DNA of 64,000 bases from Escherichia phage AV118: sequence record OR352948.1, one strand, 5' to 3'. Below the pieces are notes generated by a model, which was not told where the DNA came from, did no database searches, and saw nothing but the letters and a program-made list of their open reading frames with translations. The first letter of the stretch is position 1. Each line of letters starts with the position of its first letter. Shown here in pieces: positions 39,046 to 48,453 of the stretch. The position numbers and the translations under genes were made by a program.

Positions 39046-39354
39046 TCAGTTAGAAAATAAATTTATCCAAGTTTTTTCTTTAATCAAAAATGGGTCGGAA
39101 TTAAACGCCATTAAACTTTGAGTGATTAATCCCTTAAATGGCCCATCAATAAATTCCATTTTGAAATGCGGAATACTAGTCATCAACCGTGCATTAGGAG
39201 CAGTACAAAGAACCTGCTGCCCTGCGAACGGTCCTTTAGTCAAACGGTATCGTTTAGGTTTAAAATGGTAAATCTCGTAATTTTCTACAAGAGCCATTTT
39301 ATTGCATACTGGGCTGTTATAACAATATTCAAAAACTTCAATAGTGGTCATCAT
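39046..39354 (-). CDS. hypothetical protein
   Basis: 102-aa ORF. Confidence 0.5.
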   Translation of the reverse strand: MMTTIEVFEYCYNSPVCNKMALVENYEIYHFKPKRYRLTKGPFAGQQVLCTAPNARLMTSIPHFKMEFIDGPFKGLITQSLMAFNSDPFLIKEKTWINLFSN

Positions 39355-39890
39355 TGCATTCCAATCACAAAAAATTGAGGACGAGCATTACCGCCGATGC
39401 AATATTTGCTTTTGCAACAGTGTTGGACTGTTTTAATATGTACATTGTAAATCTTATCCATATCAGGAGCTTTAATAGGCTCGTCAATTATGTACAGAAT
39501 ACGAGAAAGCGTTAATCCACGGAATTTAGAACCTTCATTGCCAATAAAACTACGAACAGAATCAGTAAATAAACGGAATCGAATATCGTCGCTAGAATAA
39601 CGAGAAAATTCTTTTTTAATGTTGCCGGCAGAAATTTTAGCATAAGCTGAAGTATTAGAAAGAACAATAACTGTTCCACCATCATACAGCCAATTAACAG
39701 CAAAATTAGTTACTGCGGTCGATTTACCTGATTGTCTGCCGCCGTCTAAACGAAGTGTACAGTACTGCTTGAGTACGTCTTCAAATGGTGGGACATAACC
39801 GTTCTTACAAATTTCTTCTACTCTAGCATCAGAATGGTGTGTAAAAGCATTCATCAGGGATAGATAAGGACCAGTTAAAAATGTTCTCAT
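39351..39890 (-). CDS. P-loop NTPase-like protein
   Basis: 179 aa; Walker A GGRQSGKST. Confidence 0.55.
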   Translation of the reverse strand: MRTFLTGPYLSLMNAFTHHSDARVEEICKNGYVPPFEDVLKQYCTLRLDGGRQSGKSTAVTNFAVNWLYDGGTVIVLSNTSAYAKISAGNIKKEFSRYSSDDIRFRLFTDSVRSFIGNEGSKFRGLTLSRILYIIDEPIKAPDMDKIYNVHIKTVQHCCKSKYCIGGNARPQFFVIGMQ

Positions 39891-39972
39891 TTAGTTTCTC
39901 TTTTAGGTTGGGCCATTCCGTGGCGCATGAATTGTCCATTTCTGTATTTACCCCTCCAAGTAATTATGAATA

Positions 39973-40001
39973 TACTATCACAATTCTAGGAGAAAGTAAA
40001 C
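39973..40001 (-). promoter_or_regulatory. T4-early-type promoter (GTTTAC + TAnnnT)
   Basis: Promoter-family element upstream of internal-protein gene. Confidence 0.4.
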
Positions 40002-40003
40002 TG

Positions 40004-40306
40004 TTATTTACCTTTAATTACTTTAGCTGCTTCGATAGCCGCTTGCTGAAGGTCATCCATAGACATACCAAATTTAGAAGCAAAGTTATCAATTTTCTTT
40101 TCGACAGCATTCAAAGGCTTGGCCTGTTTACCTTCATTAGCGCCAGGAAGAGCGAGAATACGCTCTTTGTCAATATAAAGGCTTACAAGTTTCTTACGGT
40201 CTTTATCGGACAAATCATGAAATGAATGGGCCTTTTTATTTATAGCGGCTTCTAATTTACCTGCACTCACTCGCGCTTCAGTAATAAATTCTTGATATGT
40301 TTTCAT
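40004..40306 (-). CDS. capsid internal protein with capsid-targeting sequence (IPII/IPIII-like)
   Basis: 100 aa; N-terminal CTS MKTYQEFITEA. Confidence 0.8.
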   Translation of the reverse strand: MKTYQEFITEARVSAGKLEAAINKKAHSFHDLSDKDRKKLVSLYIDKERILALPGANEGKQAKPLNAVEKKIDNFASKFGMSMDDLQQAAIEAAKVIKGK

Positions 40307-40336
40307 TTTTGTTTCCTTGTTTGTTTTGATAGAGTA

Positions 40337-40366
40337 ATTATACCATATTAATACTTAAGCGTAAAC
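40337..40366 (-). promoter_or_regulatory. T4-early-type promoter (GTTTAC-N18-TATAAT)
   Basis: Promoter-family element. Confidence 0.45.
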
Positions 40367-40369
40367 AAT

Positions 40370-40630
40370 TTAAGCTTTACCGCCAGAAATAATTCCGAAG
40401 TTGTTAAAATCGTATCCAATATCGTCAACATCTACTTTAGGACTTACTACAACATAAGCAATTTCACTACGTTTTGCATAGGTGTTGATTTCTTTACCAT
40501 CGCCACCTAAGAAAGAATACCCATTACGTTTTAATGAGCCAAAGTCTTCGGCATCACCAATGAAAGCTTTAACTTTAAATTTAGGACCTTTGGCATCTGC
40601 TTCAGCGATAAATTCTTGATACATTTTCAT
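40370..40630 (-). CDS. capsid internal protein with capsid-targeting sequence
   Basis: 86 aa; N-terminal CTS MKMYQEFIAEA. Confidence 0.75.
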   Translation of the reverse strand: MKMYQEFIAEADAKGPKFKVKAFIGDAEDFGSLKRNGYSFLGGDGKEINTYAKRSEIAYVVVSPKVDVDDIGYDFNNFGIISGGKA

Positions 40631-40636
40631 TTTTCC

Positions 40637-41050
40637 TTAGTAAATTGATTTACCATAGTATTTGTACCAAGTCGGACGTTGAGCAATTTTTTCATCTAAG
40701 CGTGCTTGACTTATCGCAATGGACGCTTCAGACGGGACGTAATTATTACGAAATTCTATAGGAATGTCGGAAATATCCTGGACAGTCGTGTCCTTGATTT
40801 TGAAACCACGTTTCAAGCATTCAGCGATTAGTTCGATTTGACGTAAACGTAAAAATTCGAGTTTGTCGTAAAAGAATGTTACGTGACCTGTGCCTAAGAT
40901 AAATGTTGGAGAGATTTTAAAATCCTTTACACGTTTACCGTTTTGAACATGTTTACGGACTGCACCAAATACGCGTGGTAATTCACGATACTCAGCCATA
41001 AGATGTTGGTCGGTCAGTTCAGAAACAAGTGTTAAATTGATACGGGTCAT
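40637..41050 (-). CDS. denV: endonuclease V (pyrimidine dimer DNA glycosylase)
   Basis: 138 aa from ATG 41050 ([12 protein letters not shown]...), SD GGAGGAAA; sequence matches T4 DenV. Confidence 0.9.
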   Translation of the reverse strand: MTRINLTLVSELTDQHLMAEYRELPRVFGAVRKHVQNGKRVKDFKISPTFILGTGHVTFFYDKLEFLRLRQIELIAECLKRGFKIKDTTVQDISDIPIEFRNNYVPSEASIAISQARLDEKIAQRPTWYKYYGKSIY

Positions 41051-41077
41051 AATTTCCTCCAAGTAGTTGATGAATGT

Positions 41078-41107
41078 ATAGTATCAAAGTCCTTGGAGGA
41101 AGTAAAC
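41078..41107 (-). promoter_or_regulatory. T4-early-type promoter (GTTTAC + TACTAT)
   Basis: Promoter-family element. Confidence 0.45.
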
Positions 41108-41108
41108 A

Positions 41109-41390
41109 CTATTTTTCTGAAGCGCCTGAAATATATTTTTCAAGACGTTGTTTCATTAGCGAGCCGTTCTTAGCGATTTCTTCCGGTTTATCGCACATAC
41201 GTAACAAGGCTTCAAGCTTAGCGATATCGCTGGTACGTTCAAATTTGCGAGTATCTATCTTACTAGCAAGTTCAGAAATACGTGCTAATAGACTTTCAGC
41301 TTCAACCAAAGCTGCACCTAGCTTAGTTGCAAATGTGTCAGTAGCTTCATTAAGAATAGATTCTGATAAAAATTCATTGTATGTTTTCAT
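41109..41390 (-). CDS. capsid internal protein with capsid-targeting sequence
   Basis: 93 aa from ATG 41390; N-terminal [14 protein letters not shown]. Confidence 0.7.
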   Translation of the reverse strand: MKTYNEFLSESILNEATDTFATKLGAALVEAESLLARISELASKIDTRKFERTSDIAKLEALLRMCDKPEEIAKNGSLMKQRLEKYISGASEK

Positions 41391-41875
41391 ATATACGCTT
41401 TCCAAGTTCCTGTTTTAAATGTTGAGATTACGCGTTTCGCGCGATTAGGTGTCTGACGATACCATTTAGATTGGGCTAGATTTACTGCCGCTTCGTCCCA
41501 ACGTTTCTGTTGAAGCATACGAAGAGAATTAGTAAAACCGGCGACGCCTGCTACACCCATTTGGAAGACCATATTGACCAATGCACATCGACGAACCGCA
41601 TCTAAAGAATCATATACCGGTTTAAGTTTAGCATTACCCAAGATTCCGCGAACGGCTTTATCAACGTCTTCATTAAATAGCTTTTCAGCCTCATCGAGGG
41701 TAATTGTACCGTTGCATTTACGTCCGATCATTCTGTCAAGTTCAGCTTTAGCTACGGCTAAAGACGGGTTCTTTGTTACTAAATGGCCTATGCCAATCGT
41801 CCAAAAGCCTTCAGTGTCTTTGTATAAAGTTAGTCTAAGACCTTCGTCATTACGAAGCATTTCAAATATATTCAT
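41387..41875 (-). CDS. e: endolysin (T4 lysozyme)
   Basis: 162 aa from ATG 41875 (MNIFEMLR...); catalytic E11/D20 region [14 protein letters not shown]; matches T4 e. Confidence 0.95.
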   Translation of the reverse strand: MNIFEMLRNDEGLRLTLYKDTEGFWTIGIGHLVTKNPSLAVAKAELDRMIGRKCNGTITLDEAEKLFNEDVDKAVRGILGNAKLKPVYDSLDAVRRCALVNMVFQMGVAGVAGFTNSLRMLQQKRWDEAAVNLAQSKWYRQTPNRAKRVISTFKTGTWKAYI

Positions 41876-41877
41876 AA

Positions 41878-41907
41878 TACCTCCCACGTTTATAGGAGGT
41901 ATTTATT
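41878..41907 (-). promoter_or_regulatory. hairpin sequestering the endolysin SD, with late-promoter-like AATAAATA at its 5' side
   Basis: TACCTCC-loop-GGGAGGTA inverted repeat; SD GGAGG in 3' arm 5 nt before ATG. Confidence 0.5.
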
Positions 41908-41909
41908 AC

Positions 41910-42368
41910 TTATAGGAGGGTAGTGAGCACCTTATATAATGATTTGCCCATTACATATTCCCATTGAGAAGGTTTAATTAAAGCGAATGCATCAAATTCA
42001 GGAATCTGACGTCCGTCTGGGAATGTATGATAGGAATTACAAACACTGTTTCTGAATTGCTCGTGCTCTACAGGGATGGTATATAGGAACAGATGAATAT
42101 TCTTATTATCTGAGTAATGATGTTCACCTAGGTCTTTCAGGAAGGCAGGGTCATATTGTGTAAACCCAGTTTCTTCTTCGCATTCACGAATAGCGGCTTC
42201 AATAGGAGATTCGCCAGGTTCGACATGGCCTTTAGGAATATCCCACCGATGAGCTAAAGAACCTTTAGGACGAGAACCAGTTACACGCCCCATGAATAAT
42301 TCTTTATCTTCGGTAAGGAAAATAATACCGGCTGATAGTTCTTTCACTTTATTTTTCTTACTCATCAT
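41910..42368 (-). CDS. nudE: Nudix hydrolase
   Basis: 152 aa; Nudix box GHVEPGESPIEAAIRECEEETG. Confidence 0.9.
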   Translation of the reverse strand: MMSKKNKVKELSAGIIFLTEDKELFMGRVTGSRPKGSLAHRWDIPKGHVEPGESPIEAAIRECEEETGFTQYDPAFLKDLGEHHYSDNKNIHLFLYTIPVEHEQFRNSVCNSYHTFPDGRQIPEFDAFALIKPSQWEYVMGKSLYKVLTTLL

Positions 42369-42609
42369 CTCGGTCCCATGATTTGGCCATTAATTCGGAC
42401 ATAAATTCTTCAATGCGCGTTTCTTTAGATGGACTTTCACTATTAGAGACCGCAAGTTTGTAATCTGCAATAGGACAGAACATATCAAGGTCCATATTAA
42501 GGTCGTCTTTGATTTTTTCTTCTGACACATCTTTATCGTATGTGTACAGATAACTATCACATGATTCTGATTTAATGTAAATTGCTATACTCATCTCAAA
42601 TTCCTGCAT
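42358..42609 (-). CDS. hypothetical acidic protein
   Basis: 83-aa ORF. Confidence 0.45.
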   Translation of the reverse strand: MQEFEMSIAIYIKSESCDSYLYTYDKDVSEEKIKDDLNMDLDMFCPIADYKLAVSNSESPSKETRIEEFMSELMAKSWDRDDE

Positions 42610-43070
42610 TCGGTAATAAAACGTTCAACTTCATTATTCTTGGCTTTTATCTTGTCTTTATGTTCTTGTAAACTACTTTTAATAAGATTAATAATGATAG
42701 CGACAGTGCCGCCGCCAATGATGCCACCAATAATACTTACGATAGTAGATGCTAATAAGATAGCAATAATATCAACAAAACCGAAAGAACTCACCTTAGT
42801 ACTAAAAAACCATATAGACGGTACAAATATAATCCATCCTGTTATCCATTGGCACTTATTGAAAAACTTTTCAAGCTCAGCTTGAGTTGTTCGTATTACT
42901 TCATCGATAGGTTGATATCCGTTAATGTATCTGTTCACGATAATACCTGCTGACTGGTCGATTTTAAATTCTTGGCAAATATGTTTCACTAAGTATGATG
43001 GACATCCTGTCCAATCTACTGAATAGTATGAAATACCTTCATTGCCGTCGTCTATATTATTGTTAATCAT
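42591..43070 (-). CDS. membrane protein with C-terminal ERFITECR motif (FIKECR family)
   Basis: 159 aa; hydrophobic core segments; C-terminus ...EVERFITECRNLR. Confidence 0.6.
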   Translation of the reverse strand: MINNNIDDGNEGISYYSVDWTGCPSYLVKHICQEFKIDQSAGIIVNRYINGYQPIDEVIRTTQAELEKFFNKCQWITGWIIFVPSIWFFSTKVSSFGFVDIIAILLASTIVSIIGGIIGGGTVAIIINLIKSSLQEHKDKIKAKNNEVERFITECRNLR

Positions 43071-43756
43071 TACCAGCCTTCCATAGGGAATTCCAGATAA
43101 ACTTGAGCATTGACACGAATTTCATTGGTAATCTTTTTAACTCGGTCTGTATTACGAGATACACGTCCGAACCAACGCCATCCGTTACTAATTGCACGAG
43201 AACCAGTGTGCCATGTTTGCCAATCAAATTGAAGAAGAGTACGGTCTGGAGCTTCCCATTTCTCTAGTTCGCCTTTTTCGATTTTTTCGAGGACTTCTTT
43301 GTGCCACTGGCGATAGATAAGTTTGCCATCAGGAATCTGACTGAACTCTGCAGTTCCTGTTGCAAAATGAGTAGGACACACATCAGCGTTAACAAGACCA
43401 AGAATATGTTCAGACAAATAGCGAGGATTGTCATAGTCAGGTTGTCCTGCAGTAATAAAGTGTTGACCAACTGGAATATCAGGGCGTGGAACATCGTCAT
43501 GGTGATATCCAGGAATAGCAGGGTACCAGCCAGGCATCAGCATGTGGACTCGTGAATCAAATACAACATCCGAGTCTTTCCAATCGTCAGGGAGATTTTG
43601 GATAAAGCTACGAGTAATTGGACCGCCATTATCAAAAGCAAAATTCAAATCGCAATTAAAGAACATAGGCTCGTTTTTAATCTGGCCATTTTTAATCGCA
43701 TGAGCAAAACCACCTACTGCACGAGCTTGACTATTAAACACTTTAGAACTATTCAT
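43070..43756 (-). CDS. hypothetical protein
   Basis: 228-aa ORF, His/Asp-rich central region, SD GAGGAAA. Confidence 0.55.
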   Translation of the reverse strand: MNSSKVFNSQARAVGGFAHAIKNGQIKNEPMFFNCDLNFAFDNGGPITRSFIQNLPDDWKDSDVVFDSRVHMLMPGWYPAIPGYHHDDVPRPDIPVGQHFITAGQPDYDNPRYLSEHILGLVNADVCPTHFATGTAEFSQIPDGKLIYRQWHKEVLEKIEKGELEKWEAPDRTLLQFDWQTWHTGSRAISNGWRWFGRVSRNTDRVKKITNEIRVNAQVYLEFPMEGW

Positions 43757-43757
43757 A

Positions 43758-44063
43758 TTATTTTCCTCGGCATTCTTTAATGAAATTTTCTAGATTGGTA
43801 GATTCAATAGCTTTTTTACGAGCTTCTGCATGTTCTTCTTCGGACAATTTACATTTATAATTGACCCAGACATTATGGTCGAAACTAGTCGTGGCATATA
43901 ATAACAATGCTCCAACGAATAGCAAAAACGGTGATAAGAATACAAAACCAGGAACACCATCCATACTGTAAGCCTTTTGTAATACTGCAACAGAAAGAGC
44001 TGCGTAAAAAGGTGATGCAAATATTGTTAAAAGACCAATTCGGTTGGTTTCGCCTAATTTCAT
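43758..44063 (-). CDS. membrane protein with C-terminal ENFIKECR motif (FIKECR family)
   Basis: 101 aa; two hydrophobic helices; C-terminus ...LENFIKECRGK. Confidence 0.6.
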   Translation of the reverse strand: MKLGETNRIGLLTIFASPFYAALSVAVLQKAYSMDGVPGFVFLSPFLLFVGALLLYATTSFDHNVWVNYKCKLSEEEHAEARKKAIESTNLENFIKECRGK

Positions 44064-44091
44064 AATATTCTCCTCATGTTTTAATAGGACT

Positions 44092-44121
44092 ACTATAACA
44101 TAATCCTATAATTATGTAAAC
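44092..44121 (-). promoter_or_regulatory. T4-early-type promoter in palindromic element
   Basis: GTTTAC + TATAGT inside GATAGGACTA-type inverted repeat. Confidence 0.45.
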
Positions 44122-44133
44122 AGTTTTGCGAAA

Positions 44134-45090
44134 TTATTTGAAAGGTTTTACCATATGAAAATTTTCTTTAAACCGTTTGATGTAATCATTTTTGCCGAGC
44201 TTATGATACATAGCCACTACTTCATAATAGTTCTCGTATGCGTACTCACGGAACCAACCGGAGGTGATGCTTGTGCAGACTTTTTCTAATGCCATCATGA
44301 AACTGGCTTCAGGGTTAATTTTAAAGTCATTAGGAATTTGAGAACGTTCTAATGCTAGTACACATGATTCTTCATATACACCAGCCAGTTTAATCATTTC
44401 GGGTAACGATTCGAACTTCTCGCGTGAGGTCATGACTTCAGAACCGTCTTTCATATAAAATGTATACGCTGGACGGTCTGTTAGTGCAATGGCTTCATGA
44501 ATAGTATCATGGTCATATGTATAGATGTCATCTTTAAAGAACGCACTTTTAGAAGTGTCAAGAACTGGGTGAGCATAGTTCAAGGTTTCTTTCTGGCGTT
44601 TCAGCATAATTTCAGTAAGTTCATCGTTCAGTGTAACACCTTTACCACGAAGATACTGAATATGGTTCATAGTCTTTAAAAAGAATGGATTATTTTTCTT
44701 GAAACGATGAGACATCTTAATTGCAAGACCTATCTCAGGAGTTGCCCAGTAAAACCCGTTCAAACGGTCTTTAGTCAAATTTTTCTTGGCGTATTTTAAA
44801 AGGTCATAAGAAGACGTGAAATCTTCAGGAGTGAGTTCACCGACTAATTCACGGACATTAGTGATTGCCGGAACAATATATGCTTCAAAATGAGTTTCGC
44901 GTCCATTATGGAAGCATTTGAAAACTTGGACATCAGGGTTATCTTGGTGAACATATACACCCATCATTTGATTTTTGAATGCATTCCAAGAACCTTGGTC
45001 CGCAATAAAGTCCCAATCACTATTTTTGATAGCGCTAGAATCAATAAGACCGTGATAGTGAAGTGCACGAGAACCAATAACTAACATCAT
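44134..45090 (-). CDS. hypothetical protein (possible divergent nucleotidyltransferase-like N-terminus)
   Basis: 318 aa; N-term GSRALHYHGL...SDWDF loosely resembles GS...DxD. Confidence 0.5.
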   Translation of the reverse strand: MMLVIGSRALHYHGLIDSSAIKNSDWDFIADQGSWNAFKNQMMGVYVHQDNPDVQVFKCFHNGRETHFEAYIVPAITNVRELVGELTPEDFTSSYDLLKYAKKNLTKDRLNGFYWATPEIGLAIKMSHRFKKNNPFFLKTMNHIQYLRGKGVTLNDELTEIMLKRQKETLNYAHPVLDTSKSAFFKDDIYTYDHDTIHEAIALTDRPAYTFYMKDGSEVMTSREKFESLPEMIKLAGVYEESCVLALERSQIPNDFKINPEASFMMALEKVCTSITSGWFREYAYENYYEVVAMYHKLGKNDYIKRFKENFHMVKPFK

Positions 45091-45115
45091 AATAATTTCC
45101 TCGAATTTAGATTAC

Positions 45116-45367
45116 TTAAATTTCGCGACATGCGATATCATATTCATCCCAGAGGTCATCATGTGAAGCCTCTACCAATGGAACGATTGTACCGTTTATG
45201 TCTTCATTATAAGGGCAAATTGTACAGTGCGCATCTTCGAATCGGATGCCTTTGTGTTCAGATTTTTTATAACGCATATCGAATATCTTTGCAAACTTTT
45301 CACGAGTAATGGTTTTAGCAACCACTTTGGTTCCAATACTTTCATAATAAATCATCGTGGACTCCAT
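45116..45367 (-). CDS. hypothetical protein (C-terminus ...DIACREI)
   Basis: 83-aa ORF. Confidence 0.5.
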   Translation of the reverse strand: MESTMIYYESIGTKVVAKTITREKFAKIFDMRYKKSEHKGIRFEDAHCTICPYNEDINGTIVPLVEASHDDLWDEYDIACREI

Positions 45368-45383
45368 TTAATTTGATAGGACT

Positions 45384-45413
45384 ACTATAACATAGCCCTA
45401 TCTTGTTGTAAAC
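45384..45413 (-). promoter_or_regulatory. T4-early-type promoter in palindromic element
   Basis: GTTTAC + TATAGT inside GATAGGACTA-type inverted repeat. Confidence 0.45.
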
Positions 45414-45417
45414 TGTT

Positions 45418-45615
45418 TTAGCAAGAATAACTAGATGATACCCAGCCTTGAACAGTGATACTATTGTGGGATAATGAGATCGCGTCCTGGAGATTCAGAC
45501 CTGCGTTATCTTCAATCCATAATGTAACTTCTTCGCGTTCTTCTGTTGCAATTTGGAACAGGTTTTCCAGGGCAGCTACTGCCGTACGTACAGCACAATC
45601 TAATTCACGAGACAT
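45418..45615 (-). CDS. small protein ending ...GWVSSSYSC (WVSSSxxC family)
   Basis: 65-aa ORF; last tandem paralog. Confidence 0.55.
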   Translation of the reverse strand: MSRELDCAVRTAVAALENLFQIATEEREEVTLWIEDNAGLNLQDAISLSHNSITVQGWVSSSYSC

Positions 45616-45624
45616 ATCGTTTCC

Positions 45625-45897
45625 TTAGCAAGTGTGAGAAGATGCGACCCAACCACCAGTTTCGAGGCTCAGGTTGTAGTCGTATTGGTAAACGTCAGCC
45701 CATTCAGCATAGCCGTTTTTTGTACAACGTTCAAGATCGGCTTTAAGATGTCCGGGTGAATGATAGGTTCCACCCATACCATAAGCTGGGTACAAGTCGA
45801 ATGTTGTGTTTTGTTTATCAGCAATTTCTTTGGCAGCCTCAATAGCTGCATAGATTTTTGCTACAGCTTCAGCCAGTTCGGTTTGTTCTTTAGACAT
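45625..45897 (-). CDS. small protein ending ...GWVASSHTC (WVSSSxxC family)
   Basis: 90-aa ORF; SD TAAGGAA overlaps upstream stop. Confidence 0.55.
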   Translation of the reverse strand: MSKEQTELAEAVAKIYAAIEAAKEIADKQNTTFDLYPAYGMGGTYHSPGHLKADLERCTKNGYAEWADVYQYDYNLSLETGGWVASSHTC

Positions 45898-45906
45898 AAT
45901 GATTCC

Positions 45907-46212
45907 TTAGCACAACGCAGAAGACGAAACCCAAGCACCTTCAGTAATAACGTAACCATTACCTTCACGCTTAACATCGCCACCGTTATTTTCAATTTCA
46001 TTTTTCATCCACTGGGATACGATTTCACCCTTAGGATAATAAGTACGACCGCTACCATAATCACCTACAGAAAATGATACGGCATATTGGTCTGCGATCT
46101 TTGTTGCTTCTTCTTCGATACGTTCAGATTGATTCAGAAGTTTATAAATTGCATCTGAAGCAGATTTGGCATCATTAAACTCTGGTACTTTAATTTCAAT
46201 AATCTTACTCAT
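45907..46212 (-). CDS. small protein ending ...AWVSSSALC (WVSSSxxC family)
   Basis: 101-aa ORF; ATGA coupling with upstream membrane-protein gene. Confidence 0.55.
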   Translation of the reverse strand: MSKIIEIKVPEFNDAKSASDAIYKLLNQSERIEEEATKIADQYAVSFSVGDYGSGRTYYPKGEIVSQWMKNEIENNGGDVKREGNGYVITEGAWVSSSALC

Positions 46213-46568
46213 TTTCTACATTCCTTAATAAAGTTTTCGATTGTTTCATTTTCACGTCTAGCTAGGAGTTCATTATAACTAATCATTTGAGAAGCGTAAA
46301 TCTTTTTATTTTTCTTGTTATGGTAAATAAAGTCATAGTAAAAATAGACTACAGTACAAAATGATGCGATGGATGCAAAGGCTTGGGTATACCGTAAGTC
46401 CTGCCATTGGTCTGTGAATCCGCCAGTGTTCCCTATAAATCCTAACACAACGCCGTCAATAAGAAATCCAACTAATCCAAAGGCAAATCCCATGCCAATA
46501 CTCATAATAAAAATTAGAATGTTCTCACCAAGAGAAGGCCATACGGTTAAGAGTTGAGGCTTTTGCAT
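46209..46568 (-). CDS. membrane protein with C-terminal ENFIKECR motif (FIKECR family)
   Basis: 119 aa; hydrophobic N-terminal half; C-terminus ...IENFIKECRK. Confidence 0.6.
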   Translation of the reverse strand: MQKPQLLTVWPSLGENILIFIMSIGMGFAFGLVGFLIDGVVLGFIGNTGGFTDQWQDLRYTQAFASIASFCTVVYFYYDFIYHNKKNKKIYASQMISYNELLARRENETIENFIKECRK

Positions 46569-46909
46569 CTTATTTCCTTAACGAATTCCATAGCTTCTTC
46601 ATATTCATACTTTTTAACAACTTCATCATACTGAGCTTGGGCTTTTGCGCACTGAACTTTCCATTCACGAACTCGAGCTCTGTGATGACGGCCTTGGTAC
46701 CAATATCCCACTCAGTTAATAGGCATTAATAAAAATGGCACAATAAACGACCCGGCTATAATAAGTAAAAACACTGCATCAGACGATATAACTTTATTGG
46801 AATCTAAAATAGCTCCTATAATCATAAAGATTAAAAATGCTAAAGCTAAAATAGGGCCAAATAATACTTCGTTTGGGATTAATTTACGTTTGTATTCGTA
46901 TGCCCAGGC
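46569..46909 (-). pseudogene. putative decayed FIKECR-family membrane-protein gene
   Basis: No ATG; hydrophobic reading frame interrupted by TGA, followed in another frame by ...EEAMEFVKEIR tail; no ORF-track call. Confidence 0.3.
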
Positions 46910-47533
46910 TTAATTGGCATGTACAGGGTTGGCTTTGACATATTCTCTACATTCCATAATAAATTGCTCAAGGATTAAATTGTTAGTGAAATTAGGACTA
47001 ACAACCATAGTTTCATAAAGCGCATCAATAGCACTTAAAGCATCAACTCTTTTAAGCAAAGGCTTGCCTTCATACATAGTTTCAGAATCGACGATTAAAG
47101 TGAAGTAGTATTTTTTATTATCGACTAGAACTTCTGTATCGATATAAAACATATTAGACCTCAGAAGCTTATCTCTAAAACCATAATAATCTTTAGAGCG
47201 TTCGCTGATATATTCCCATTCAGTGTTTAAACAACAAACAGACCATGTAGGAGCAACGAAATCGGTGAATCTAATATCATGGTCTGCAACTAGTTTAGCA
47301 ATAGCTCCGATATCATGAATCATAATACCTGGGGCTAATAAAGATTTTCTGCTATGGCTAGCCGTTTTCTCAGTAGTCTCATAAGAAGACGACCAGTACC
47401 ATTTACGTCCAGTTGCAACATATCGTAATGAATCAACTAAAGACGTAGGTGGATTTACCTTATCTCGGAACTCTTCGAACATTGAGTCAATATCATTATT
47501 TTGGTTTCGCATGTTAACTCCTTTATTATCCAA
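46910..47533 (-). CDS. hypothetical protein carrying EQFIMECR motif near C-terminus
   Basis: 207-aa ORF, not obviously membrane-embedded. Confidence 0.55.
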   Translation of the reverse strand: MDNKGVNMRNQNNDIDSMFEEFRDKVNPPTSLVDSLRYVATGRKWYWSSSYETTEKTASHSRKSLLAPGIMIHDIGAIAKLVADHDIRFTDFVAPTWSVCCLNTEWEYISERSKDYYGFRDKLLRSNMFYIDTEVLVDNKKYYFTLIVDSETMYEGKPLLKRVDALSAIDALYETMVVSPNFTNNLILEQFIMECREYVKANPVHAN

Positions 47534-47554
47534 AAGGAGGACCGGAGTCCTCCG
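47531..47554 (-). terminator. intrinsic terminator hairpin + U-run
   Basis: GGAGGAC-CGGA-GTCCTCC followed by T4 on minus strand. Confidence 0.5.
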
Positions 47555-47561
47555 TATTATT

Positions 47562-48155
47562 TTATTTCAAAGAGTTAATATATTCTTGTACATCAGCAGA
47601 AGTGGTTTCGACACCAGCTGGAGTGCCATTGAACGTTTCAACACGAGTCAGAGTGTCTTCGATATCAACCTTAGTCAGTGCAGCGATTTCAATTACATCA
47701 TCGGCCGTAGAGATACCAAGGGCATTAGCTGCTCGAGTTTCACGAATGTATTCGAGTTTGATTGCCAGATTCTGACGAGCATCATCAAGTTCAACCACCT
47801 TACGAGCAATTTCAATTCGCATAGCGGCATACCCGTCAGCTTTTGTATTAAGTTGTTCGGCAGTTCGACGATACAGAAGACCAAGCTTAGCATGCATGGT
47901 AACATCTTGTCCTTCAGCCAAGAGCTTACGAATTTCACGTTCCTTAGAAGCGGCTTGCTTGTTCTTTTCATTAACAAGTTCGCGAATACGTTTTTCTTCA
48001 TTAATAGATTTAACAGAAGCCGTTTTTAGTTCTTTGATTTGGGTAATCAACTTATCTGCAGCTGCGTTATACTGTTCTTCGACAGTCAGATTTTTAGCCA
48101 TAGCAGTACCCAGTTTAGTGCGGATGAATTCAACAAGTTTTTTCAGTGTGTTCAT
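47562..48155 (-). CDS. coiled-coil protein (weak PspA/IM30-like resemblance)
   Basis: 197 aa from ATG 48155; long heptad-rich helices; follows duplicated early promoter. Confidence 0.5.
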   Translation of the reverse strand: MNTLKKLVEFIRTKLGTAMAKNLTVEEQYNAAADKLITQIKELKTASVKSINEEKRIRELVNEKNKQAASKEREIRKLLAEGQDVTMHAKLGLLYRRTAEQLNTKADGYAAMRIEIARKVVELDDARQNLAIKLEYIRETRAANALGISTADDVIEIAALTKVDIEDTLTRVETFNGTPAGVETTSADVQEYINSLK

Positions 48156-48196
48156 ATTATTACCTTTCAATTGGTGGTTTATTATCCAATGAGAGC

Positions 48197-48226
48197 ATTA
48201 TACTCTGCTCTCAAGAGTTTGTAAAT
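48197..48226 (-). promoter_or_regulatory. sigma70/T4-early-type promoter TTTACA-N17-TATAAT
   Basis: 49-bp element identical to 19506..19554. Confidence 0.6.
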
Positions 48227-48453
48227 TATTTTTTAATCAAATTGACATAAAACTCGGCGTCTTCCGGGTGCATGCCTTCACAGTATTCTTCAACCATGAA
48301 CTTCTTAACGGCTTCATAAGGACCACTCAGATTAAGCTCAGTTGTCCAGAACTTGGAATCTTGGACTGAATCGATACGAACTTCAGGGTGACGGTTGCGA
48401 ATAACTTCTTCAGTGTATTCATAATCAACGACATCAATACTAACTGTAGCCAT
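48226..48453 (-). CDS. hypothetical acidic protein
   Basis: 75-aa ORF. Confidence 0.5.
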   Translation of the reverse strand: MATVSIDVVDYEYTEEVIRNRHPEVRIDSVQDSKFWTTELNLSGPYEAVKKFMVEEYCEGMHPEDAEFYVNLIKK

